A stretch of 64,000 nucleotides of DNA, from the NCBI GenBank assembly GCA_036012755.1, contig DASCPX010000193.1:12365-76364 (forward strand). Reading direction: 5' to 3'. The translations under genes and the position numbers were made by a program. This document shows positions 42,126-49,827 of the stretch, one piece after another. Every line of letters starts with the position of its first letter. Within the stretch, counting starts at the first letter, position 1. This DNA is from Myxococcota bacterium (GTDB taxonomy: Bacteria > Myxococcota_A > UBA796 > CAJQPC01). A model generated the notes under the pieces. It had not been told where the DNA came from. It was given only the letters and a program-made list of their open reading frames with translations, and ran no database searches.

Positions 42126-44327
42126 TCAGCTCGGGAACTCCCAGCCCGTGGCGGTGGTTCCGTCCTCGAAGACCCAGATGCGCTGGTCTGCATCCCAGGG
42201 ACCGGTGTACTCGACGGTGCCACCACCGGGGAAGTCCACACTGATGACGTCGACGGTGTCGAGCTCGCCGAGCCCGAAGTGGAGATAGGCGCTGTCCTGG
42301 TCGCCCTGTCCCGTGCCGCCCGTGACGTGACGGACGACCGTGGTGTCACCGCTGCCGACCCGCACCGTGGCCCCGTAGGCGCCCCAGTTCGAGTCGACGC
42401 CGCCGATGGCTCGGACCTGCACCCAGTGGCCTGTCCCCGCCGTGTTCTCCAGCAGGTAGCTGGTGATGGTCAGGTCCTGGTCGCCGTCCTGGTCGAAGTC
42501 CGAGACCGCGACGCCCCAGGCGCCCGTGATGTCCTGGAGCCCGGCCGAGAGCACGTCGAGCTCGAAGGTGCCGTCACCGTTGCCCCAGTAGAAGTCCGTC
42601 GGGCGGCCGCTGTAGGTCGCCGAGATCACGAGATCGAGGGCGCCGTCCTGGTCGAAGTCGGCGAGCACGGGGACCGAGTGGGTCTCAGAATAGCGCAGCC
42701 CCGACTCGTTGGAGTAGGGCGTGTCCCAGTCGCCCTGCTTGTCGACCCAGGTCCCGTCGCCAGCGTTGATCATCACGCGGGTCTTGTCAGAGAAGGTCCA
42801 GAAGCGCGGATGGGCGAGGTTGGCCTCGATGAGGTCGAAGCTCCCGTCGTTGTCCAGATCGCCCCAGGCCGCGCCGATGCTGTGGCCGTAGTAGGACGAG
42901 CCGAACTCCTTCACTCCGGCGAGCTCGGTCGCCACGCCGGCCTCCTGGACCCAGTCCTCGCCGCCCTCGCCCACGATGTTCCAGTAGAACAGGTTCTTGT
43001 GGAGCGTGTAGTCGTTGATGAAGATGTCGACCCAGCCATCCTGATCAGCGTCGATGGGCGCAGCGCCACGGCCGGAGTAGGGCCAGTCGGAGAAGCCGTA
43101 CTCCCCGGTGATCTCGGTGAAGGTGCCGTCGCCGTTGTTCAGCCAGACCTGGTCCTTGTAGAAGTCCCAGTCGGTCCAGCAGATCATGTCCGGCACGTAG
43201 ACGTCGAGGTCGCCGTCGTTGTCGAGGTCCCACCACGCCGCGGCTGGTGAGGGCTGGTGGTTCTGCGTCTCATCGGAGGCGCAGAGGTTGTAGTCCTGGA
43301 TGTCCGTGACCCCCGCGGACTCGGTCATGTCGATGAAGGTCCCGGAGCAGTCACCCTTCCAGAGGCTCTCGCCGGCGGTGGTGGACTCGGCGAAGACGAA
43401 GAGATCGAGGCAGCCGTCGTTGTCGTAGTCGCCCCAGACAGCGCCAGATGCCGACACCGAGTCCGACAGGTCCTGCGTGAGCTCGAAGGTGCCGTCGCCG
43501 AGGTTCCGGTAGATGCGGGAGTTGGTGTTGAGATCGTCCCAGCCGTCGTTGTCGAAGTCGCCCCAGGACTGGCGGGAGCCGACCGAGAGCTCGCCGGTGG
43601 CGTCGACGAAGACCTTGTCCTCTGGCGGGTCCTCCAGGTACTCGACGTAGATGCGGATGAGGTAGTCGTACTGGAAGGGGAAGGAATAGCCCGGGTAGTA
43701 GGTCGGCGTGCCGAGCTCCGGCGTGTTGAGCGCCGAGTGGCAGTCACCCCAGGAGCCGCACTCGGTGTTGTTGGCGCCAGCGTCGAACAGCACGGCGAGG
43801 TCGGTGTTGTCGGCCCGCTGGTGGGCGGCGTGGACCAGACCCGGCTGCTCCGTGTCGACCGGCGTGTCGAGGACGTAGGTGGTCCAGCCGCCGTCCTCGA
43901 TGTCCTCTATGCAGCGGGTGCCCGTCCACAGCGGGTCCTCGTGCCAGAAGTCGAAGCCGTTGTGACCGAAGTCCGGGTACACGCCCGCCTCGACCTCTGT
44001 GCCCTCGGGCCAGTCGGCAGGCAGGTTGGTGTAGGCGATCGCAAAGGCGTGGATGCGCGTCGGACGGTCCAGCTCGAAGCGCACGGACTCGTTGAGCACT
44101 GTGTCGCGCAGCTCGACGCCGTCCGCCGTCCAGGTCTGCCCGGTGATGTCGTAGACGCCCACACCGTCGTCCCAGGAGAGCTCCACCCAGCTCGGGTCGA
44201 TGTCACCGAGCGCCGTGCCGCATCCCTCTGGGGCGCTGTCAACGCTGTCCAGACCGCTCTCGGGCTCGGGATCCGGGTCGGGCCTGGTGTCGTCAGGGCC
44301 ATTGCAAGCAAGCACGAAGAGGAGCAC
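42126..44327 (-). CDS. FG-GAP/VCBS-repeat lipoprotein with ASPIC/UnbV C-terminal domain (CRTAC1-like)
   Basis: N-terminus MLLFVLAC (lipobox). Seven D-x-D/N-x-DG repeats (GDFDNDGWDD, GDYDNDGCLDLF, WDLDNDGDLDVY, DADQDGWVDIF, GDLDNDGSFDL, ADFDQDGALDLV, SDFDQDGDQDL). The C-terminal block is HWVQVRAIGGVDSNWGAYGATVRV...HFGLGELDTVDVISVDFPGG. Confidence 0.85.
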   Translation of the reverse strand: MLLFVLACNGPDDTRPDPDPEPESGLDSVDSAPEGCGTALGDIDPSWVELSWDDGVGVYDITGQTWTADGVELRDTVLNESVRFELDRPTRIHAFAIAYTNLPADWPEGTEVEAGVYPDFGHNGFDFWHEDPLWTGTRCIEDIEDGGWTTYVLDTPVDTEQPGLVHAAHQRADNTDLAVLFDAGANNTECGSWGDCHSALNTPELGTPTYYPGYSFPFQYDYLIRIYVEYLEDPPEDKVFVDATGELSVGSRQSWGDFDNDGWDDLNTNSRIYRNLGDGTFELTQDLSDSVSASGAVWGDYDNDGCLDLFVFAESTTAGESLWKGDCSGTFIDMTESAGVTDIQDYNLCASDETQNHQPSPAAAWWDLDNDGDLDVYVPDMICWTDWDFYKDQVWLNNGDGTFTEITGEYGFSDWPYSGRGAAPIDADQDGWVDIFINDYTLHKNLFYWNIVGEGGEDWVQEAGVATELAGVKEFGSSYYGHSIGAAWGDLDNDGSFDLIEANLAHPRFWTFSDKTRVMINAGDGTWVDKQGDWDTPYSNESGLRYSETHSVPVLADFDQDGALDLVISATYSGRPTDFYWGNGDGTFELDVLSAGLQDITGAWGVAVSDFDQDGDQDLTITSYLLENTAGTGHWVQVRAIGGVDSNWGAYGATVRVGSGDTTVVRHVTGGTGQGDQDSAYLHFGLGELDTVDVISVDFPGGGTVEYTGPWDADQRIWVFEDGTTATGWEFPS

Positions 44328-44385
44328 GGAGAGACCTCCGAAGAGCGAGAACGTAGCAGGTAGAACGCCCGGCCCGTCAGCTTCG

Positions 44386-46059
44386 TCAACGAGCGATGGT
44401 GATGCCCAGCTCTTCCAGGCGCTCCCTCAGCGCCTCCATGTCTCCCTCGCGCACCAGGCACTGACCGCGCACGACCTCTCGGGCCAGCAGCGGCCCGGCG
44501 ATGTGGTCCCGCCGGATGGCGTCTGTCACGCTGGCGGGGAGGTGGATCACCAGCGCCGCCTCGGTGCGGGCGGGCTCGACGCCGCTGGCGGCCCGGACCC
44601 GGACCTCGAGCTCCCCGGGCAAGGTGGAGTCGACGTGCAGACGCCGGAGGGTCTCGAGCAAGCCGTTGACGTCATCGACAGGTCGGGGGGCGACGTCGAA
44701 GTACCAGTGGCGGCGATCACGGCCCGCCAACGAGCCCACTCGCGCCAGCGCCGCGCGGACGGTGAGCGCGTCGCGACCAACCGGAACGACGATGCGATCC
44801 CCCTCCATGTGGAAGGCGGCCGGAGGCGGCTCCGTGTAGTCGATGACGCGACCGGCCCCCGGCCCCCGACGGAGCCTCCCCTCCTCGTCCTCCACGACGG
44901 TCACGCCCGAGAACAGGGTGATGCGCTCCGCGGAGCGCGCCCACTCCACGATGGACTGCTGCACCGTGAGCGGGACTCCGGTCCGGCTGTGCTCGGCCAG
45001 GAAGTCCAGGACATCGAGGTTCCCCACCGCCATGTCCGCGGCGACGCCGCCTCGGGTGAGCTTGTGGCGGTGGACCCGGTCTCCATCGACGTATGGGGCG
45101 AGCCGGCAGAGACGCCCGTAGTCGCTGGAGGAGAGCTCTCCGGCGCCGACGATTATGTCCATGTCCGGAGTGAGCAGGAAACCCGTGGGGAGGCGTGGCT
45201 GCTCGCCGGGCTTGCGCACGGAGACGAGCCCCTCCGCGTCTCGAGAGCCCTCCAGCACGCCGATGCGATGGAAGACCTCTGCCGCGAGACGCAGGGCGGC
45301 GTCCGGGTTGCCGGGCAAGGCGCCCGCGGCCCTGTCGCCCAGCAGGGCGAGCACGTCATCGATCCTGGCCCAGTGCTCTCCGACGAGGCGCAACAGCAGG
45401 CGACCAGCGGCGTGCTCGTCGCTGTCGAGGACCACCGCAGGATCGACCAGCCTGCGAGGCCGGGACTCGGGGAAGCCATAGAGGCGACCCGCGGCTGGAC
45501 GGGCCATGCCGCAGGCCCGGGCCAGGCGAAGGGCCAGACGCCAGCGCGCCGGATCCCCCAGGGAGCCGAGCAGCCGGTCGATCTGGTCCTTTCGCGGAGA
45601 GCCATCACGGGTCAGCGACGGAGGCCTGGCCTCCAGGGCCGCAGCGGCCACGACCCTGTCGAAGCGAGCATCCCCCGGCGGGAAGCTCGGGGCACCGGGG
45701 GCGGCCGGAAGGGCACCGGCGAAGGGATGGCGACCACGCAGGTGCGGGCTCAGACGCGAAGCCGCAGCGTAGAACCGCGGGTCGATCGTCGCCCCGCTGG
45801 AGGGACGCGCCCGGGGCAGCACGAAGCCTCCGAGCCAGAGCATCTCGTGGGTCTCGATCCTCCCGGCGAAGCGCGGGTCGATGGGATCCCCGGCGTCCCC
45901 GGCCAACAGCAGGGTGTCGAGGAGGTCCCGGTCGTCCCCGCCGAGTGCCTCCGCGCGTCGCAGGACCGAGGAGGGGTCATCGATCTCGTCGATGCCTACG
46001 GGCATCTCGGCGCGGAAGCTCGCGTCGTAGGCGTCGACCAGCCGCGCGAGCTCGCTCAT
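44386..46059 (-). CDS. TFIIH-p52/Tfb2-like ('helicase-associated', XPB-clutch-type) domain protein
   Basis: The start ATG at 46059 (MSELARLVDAY) forms an ATGA overlap with the upstream lipoprotein stop. The key block is GFLLTPDMDIIVGAGELSSSDYGRLCRLAPYVDGDRVHRHKLTRGGVAADMAVGNLDVLDFLAEHSRTGVPLTVQQSIVEWARSAERI. Confidence 0.55.
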   Translation of the reverse strand: MSELARLVDAYDASFRAEMPVGIDEIDDPSSVLRRAEALGGDDRDLLDTLLLAGDAGDPIDPRFAGRIETHEMLWLGGFVLPRARPSSGATIDPRFYAAASRLSPHLRGRHPFAGALPAAPGAPSFPPGDARFDRVVAAAALEARPPSLTRDGSPRKDQIDRLLGSLGDPARWRLALRLARACGMARPAAGRLYGFPESRPRRLVDPAVVLDSDEHAAGRLLLRLVGEHWARIDDVLALLGDRAAGALPGNPDAALRLAAEVFHRIGVLEGSRDAEGLVSVRKPGEQPRLPTGFLLTPDMDIIVGAGELSSSDYGRLCRLAPYVDGDRVHRHKLTRGGVAADMAVGNLDVLDFLAEHSRTGVPLTVQQSIVEWARSAERITLFSGVTVVEDEEGRLRRGPGAGRVIDYTEPPPAAFHMEGDRIVVPVGRDALTVRAALARVGSLAGRDRRHWYFDVAPRPVDDVNGLLETLRRLHVDSTLPGELEVRVRAASGVEPARTEAALVIHLPASVTDAIRRDHIAGPLLAREVVRGQCLVREGDMEALRERLEELGITIAR

Positions 46060-46601
46060 GCGCCGGACTTGCTCGCCGTCCACTCGCCCCGAGCGGTGCA
46101 CTCGATGCTGGTGTCGTCGTCGTCGGTCGAGATGCCGTACCAGGCGAAGCCCTCGATGTACACGCGGCCTCGATACACGTCGTCATAGGCCAGCCCCCCC
46201 ATGGCGACGTGGATCATGCCGTAGCGGCTGTCCTGGTATTGGCCCGAGAAGGTGACGCCCCCGGTCGAGGACTCGATGCCCCAGAACTTCACGTCCTCGA
46301 GGTCCGGGTCGTCCCAGGTCGCGTAGAGCTGGTCGGGCCAGCGCCCACCTACCTCCATGGCACCGTCGAAGGGCAGGTCCGAGCCTGCCTTGAAGCCGTC
46401 GAGGCCGCAGCTCTCCGTGAACAGGTTCTTGCCTACGTCCGAGGTCCAGTTCCCGAGCACGTTGGGCACGTTGCCCGTGTCCCCTCCGGGGCCGTCGATG
46501 TCTCCGCAGACAGAGGTGCTGTCTTCGGCGCCCGAGTCGTCGTTGTTTCCGCGACAGGCCACGAGCGAAACGAGCAGCAGGATCAGGGATGGCGTGTTCA
46601 T
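46056..46601 (-). CDS. small lipoprotein, unknown function
   Basis: The start ATG at 46601 (MNTPSLILLLVSLVACRGNNDD) forms an ATGA overlap with the OmpA-like gene stop. The protein is 181 aa with conserved-looking Cys residues (VCGD, ESCGLD, IECT). Confidence 0.7.
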   Translation of the reverse strand: MNTPSLILLLVSLVACRGNNDDSGAEDSTSVCGDIDGPGGDTGNVPNVLGNWTSDVGKNLFTESCGLDGFKAGSDLPFDGAMEVGGRWPDQLYATWDDPDLEDVKFWGIESSTGGVTFSGQYQDSRYGMIHVAMGGLAYDDVYRGRVYIEGFAWYGISTDDDDTSIECTARGEWTASKSGA

Positions 46602-47242
46602 GAGTCTTCTTCCTCGGTGATGACGACCTCGACTCGGCGGTTTATCTCGCGCCCTTCGGCGGTCGCGTTGTCGACGATGGGGCGCCACTCGCCACGACCT
46701 GCGGCGGTGAAGCGATGGGGAGAGACCCCCCAGTCGGAGACGAAGGAGCGCACGACCGCGGCGGCTCGAGCAGCGGAGAGCTCCAGGTTCGACGGGTACT
46801 GACGCTTGAGCCGCCCGCTGATGGGGGTGTCGTCCGTGTGGCCGATGACCAGCACGTGGGTCTCCAGGTGCAGGTTGAGCGCGGTGCTCAAGAGGTCCAT
46901 CACCATCTCGGACTCCGACCGCAGCCGGGTCGAGCCCGGGGCGAACATCGTCGCTCCCGGGAGGGTGACGATGGTCTGGTGCAGCCCCCGCTCGATGCCG
47001 ACCTCCTGACCCGCGAAGACCTGGCGCAGCTCGGTGTAGATGACCGGAGGGGGAAGGGTCCCGCTGTCGCAGGTCTTCAGCTGCTCGCTCAGGCGGGCGT
47101 TCTCCTGCTTGAGCGCGATGACCTCGCGGTCGAGCTTCTGGACCAGGTCGGTCTCGCCCCGAACGTGGCGCGGGACGCAGCCCGCCACGAGAGCGAGGCT
47201 CGCTCCCGCCAGGAATGCTCGTCGATCGGTGTCGGCGCCCAT
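46598..47242 (-). CDS. OmpA/MotB C-terminal-domain peptidoglycan-binding lipoprotein with Tat-like signal
   Basis: N-terminus MGADTDRRAFLAGASLALVAGC has the twin-arginine RRxFL motif plus a lipobox. A coiled-coil segment follows (LVQKLDREVIALKQENARLSEQL). The OmpA-like block is VIGHTDDTPI...SNLELSAARAAAVVRSF...GRGEWRPIVDNATAEGREINRRVEVVI. Confidence 0.85.
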   Translation of the reverse strand: MGADTDRRAFLAGASLALVAGCVPRHVRGETDLVQKLDREVIALKQENARLSEQLKTCDSGTLPPPVIYTELRQVFAGQEVGIERGLHQTIVTLPGATMFAPGSTRLRSESEMVMDLLSTALNLHLETHVLVIGHTDDTPISGRLKRQYPSNLELSAARAAAVVRSFVSDWGVSPHRFTAAGRGEWRPIVDNATAEGREINRRVEVVITEEEDS

Positions 47243-47257
47243 CTGGCCAGAGAATAG

Positions 47258-47665
47258 CTACGAAGTCAGGGCCCTGGCGCGGATAGCGCGCAGGATGTCG
47301 AAACGCGTGATGGCTCCCACGAGGTCCCGGTCCCCCGAGACCACCGGCAAGCGGCGGAAGTCATGGTGCAGAAAGAGGCCCGCGGCGTAGTAGACGTTCA
47401 TCTGCGGAGTGACCGTGACCGGGTCCCTGGTCATGAAGTCCGCGACCGTTCCCGCGGCGCGCGGTCCGCCGACTCCGCCGATGGTCAACAAGCGCAGCAT
47501 GTCCTTCTCCGTGACGATGCCGATGACACGTCCGACCTCGTCGAGGACAGGAGCCCCGGTGACCTTCGAGTCCAGCGGGAACGCCACCGCCTCGTAGATG
47601 TCGACGTCCGCGGTCAGGCTCGGGACCACCGTGTCCATGAACTCGCGAACGGTCGGCTGGCGCAT
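47258..47665 (-). CDS. CBS-pair domain protein
   Basis: 135 aa with two CBS-like units (VREFMDTVVPSL...GAPVLDEVGRVIGIVTEKDMLR; VADFMTRDPVTV...RLPVVSGDRDLVGAITRFDILR). Confidence 0.85.
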   Translation of the reverse strand: MRQPTVREFMDTVVPSLTADVDIYEAVAFPLDSKVTGAPVLDEVGRVIGIVTEKDMLRLLTIGGVGGPRAAGTVADFMTRDPVTVTPQMNVYYAAGLFLHHDFRRLPVVSGDRDLVGAITRFDILRAIRARALTS

Positions 47666-47693
47666 TCGCCACCTCCTACACCGAGAATCGTCC

Positions 47694-48587
47694 TCAGCTG
47701 AGGGGGAGCGCGAGGCTGTCTATGACCCAGTCCTGGGGACCGAATGTCTTGGAGTTCTGGCGCGCCTGGCCAGAGGCGCGGAAGCGCAGGAAGCGATCAG
47801 CCCAGCGGCGCAGCGACAGCGGGAAGCGCCACTCCCACCGGTCTTTGCGGCGCACCCGCGCCATCATCATCCAGTGGAGCGTGATCGGGTGGTGCTCGAC
47901 CGGGTCGCCGAGACATGGCATGCCCTCGAGATCCGCTGGGACCTTCGAGAAGGCGATTCGGCCGTCGGAGTCGACGCCGATCCAGTCGTTCTCAGGAGGG
48001 TGGCCGAGGGCATCCGCCCAGTCGAGCAGGCCCTGGAGATCCTCGTCGGCACCCTGGCGACGTGCCATCTTCGCGAAGGCGCGGCCGCATGCCTCTGCGT
48101 CGTTGGTGGCGCGATGGGCGCCTTCGAGTCGCACATCGAGCCGGCTGCAGAGGTCCTGGAGCTTGTGGGACCGGGCGTCGGGGAACACCCGCTTGGACAA
48201 CAACAACGTGTCGATCTCGGCGAAGGGATCGGGCCACACGCGCCCGGCCCGCTCGAACTCCATGGACAAGAAAGCGCGGTCGAAGGCGTAGTTGTGGGCG
48301 ACACAGACACCGCCCTGCATGACGCGAGCGATCTCGTCGATCTTCCCGGCGAACAGCGGCGCGTTGGCGACGTCAGCGTCCGTGATTCCCGTGACCTGGG
48401 TCGCCTTGGGCGGGATCGGTCGCTCCGGGTTGAAGAGCGCGTGGTGACGCTGGACGCCGACGACCCGCCCCTCGCGGCCGATGGTCAACTCGACGGCGGC
48501 CCACTCCATGATGCGGTCGTCGTCGAAGGGTCTCAGTCCCGTCGTCTCGGTGTCGTAAGCGACGATGCGCAGCTCCTTCCACTTCAC
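47694..48587 (-). CDS. DEDDh 3'-5' exonuclease (DnaQ/RNase T-like) with about 110-aa C-terminal extension
   Basis: GTG at 48587 forms a GTGA overlap with the upstream stop. Motifs: Exo I IVAYDTETTGL, Exo II CVAHNYAFDRAFL, Exo III GAHRATNDAEA. Confidence 0.8.
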   Translation of the reverse strand: MKWKELRIVAYDTETTGLRPFDDDRIMEWAAVELTIGREGRVVGVQRHHALFNPERPIPPKATQVTGITDADVANAPLFAGKIDEIARVMQGGVCVAHNYAFDRAFLSMEFERAGRVWPDPFAEIDTLLLSKRVFPDARSHKLQDLCSRLDVRLEGAHRATNDAEACGRAFAKMARRQGADEDLQGLLDWADALGHPPENDWIGVDSDGRIAFSKVPADLEGMPCLGDPVEHHPITLHWMMMARVRRKDRWEWRFPLSLRRWADRFLRFRASGQARQNSKTFGPQDWVIDSLALPLS

Positions 48588-49138
48588 AGCAAGGTCTCCA
48601 CGGCGGCACGCGCCGCGTCCTGCGCAGCGTTGCGGTGGACGAGCCACTCTGCGTGGGCGTCGGGGCCGACGACATTGGAGATGCCGAGCACGGCCAGGAA
48701 GGGAACATCGCGCTGGGCGCAGGCACAGGCGGCGCCGAAGGCCTCCATGTGCTCCACCTGCCAGCCGTCCGAGAGCCGACCGGCGAGGACGGTGTCGGTC
48801 GTCACGGCGCCGACGGTCAGCACGTCGGCGCGAGGAAGGTCGACGCGCTCGAGGAACTCCGGGTGGCACTCCACCGGGGCGGGGCGGCGCGGTACGTAGC
48901 CGAGCCCCATCGCGGCGACCCCGTGAGAGAGCCCACAGCGACGGGCCGCCACGGCCTGGCCGATCTCGAGCCCACTTCCGGGGTAGGCACCCGCCGTGCC
49001 TATCAGGACCACCGCGTCCGGCCTGCGCTCGACGAGCAGCGTCGCCATGCGGGCGGCGACGACCACCGGACCGACGCCAAGGGCCGCTCCGTCGAGGTAG
49101 CCGAGCTCTTCGCGGACGGCAGAGACAAGGAGGATCAC
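48584..49138 (-). CDS. PNP/UDP-family nucleosidase (futalosine hydrolase / MTA-SAH nucleosidase-like)
   Basis: 184 aa. The GTG start forms a GTGA overlap with the patatin stop. Blocks: MILLVSAVREEL, VVLIGTAGAY, GQAV, VEHMEAFGAACA, VLGISNVVG. Confidence 0.65.
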   Translation of the reverse strand: MILLVSAVREELGYLDGAALGVGPVVVAARMATLLVERRPDAVVLIGTAGAYPGSGLEIGQAVAARRCGLSHGVAAMGLGYVPRRPAPVECHPEFLERVDLPRADVLTVGAVTTDTVLAGRLSDGWQVEHMEAFGAACACAQRDVPFLAVLGISNVVGPDAHAEWLVHRNAAQDAARAAVETLL

Positions 49139-49812
49139 GTCGCGGCAGCTATCACACTGGTGGTCCGGTCGCGGGCCTCTTCGAGCTGCGCGCGGAAATC
49201 ACCGAGGCTCCAGAGCTTCGCTCCCGAGCGAGGTGTGCGGACCACCCAGCTGTCTCCGAAGTCGGGCTCCACGTCGGAGCCGCTGGTGGCCTCGACGAGG
49301 TGGACGAGGCTCTTGTGGGCCCCCCGGTGGGTCTGCCAGGCCTCGAAGGCCGTGCGCGAGACGAAGGCCCCGTCCGCGCAAGGCACGCCGTCGAGGCTGA
49401 CCGGCGCGAAGAGCCTCGGGATCGCCATCGACGCCGCCACCGCCCGGGGCAGCGGCCCCGAGGTGACCAGTCGGTGCTCCCCCGCCGCGGTCATCACACC
49501 CACGCCGAAGGGACGGGGCAGATCCTCGAAGCGGGCAGGCAACAGCTCGCTGATGTGCTCGATCACCGAGTCCATCGTGAAGAGCCCGCGCCACAGCGCG
49601 AGGTGGGGCGAACACAACGACAGCGGCCGGCGAGAGGACAGCTCCCGCGCGAGCTCCGCGGCGCTCAGCCCCGCCGTCCACAGGCTGCCGGCGAGCGCCC
49701 CGGAGCTGGTTCCGACGACACCGTCGACCTCGATGCCCGCCTCCTCGACGGCGAGGAGGAAGCCACACTGACGGGCAAAGGCGAGGAAGCCACTGGAGAG
49801 GACCAGGTCCAC
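49135..49812 (-). CDS. patatin-like phospholipase
   Basis: Blocks: DLVLSSGFLAFARQCGFL, VVGTSSGALAG (GxSxG), VPCADGAFV (catalytic DG). I place the start at GTG 49812. The longer track ORF (to 50154) would run antisense through the sulfatase-like gene. Confidence 0.7.
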   Translation of the reverse strand: MDLVLSSGFLAFARQCGFLLAVEEAGIEVDGVVGTSSGALAGSLWTAGLSAAELARELSSRRPLSLCSPHLALWRGLFTMDSVIEHISELLPARFEDLPRPFGVGVMTAAGEHRLVTSGPLPRAVAASMAIPRLFAPVSLDGVPCADGAFVSRTAFEAWQTHRGAHKSLVHLVEATSGSDVEPDFGDSWVVRTPRSGAKLWSLGDFRAQLEEARDRTTSVIAAAT

Positions 49813-49827
49813 GGTGTAGAGAGCCTC

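Noticed and set aside
47694-49812. Calling the patatin/PNP/exonuclease genes a CBASS-type system.
   Set aside because: No CD-NTase/cyclase, SAVED, E1/E2-JAB or HORMA/TRIP13 gene is present in or next to the operon. I keep it only as a low-confidence analogy in the findings.
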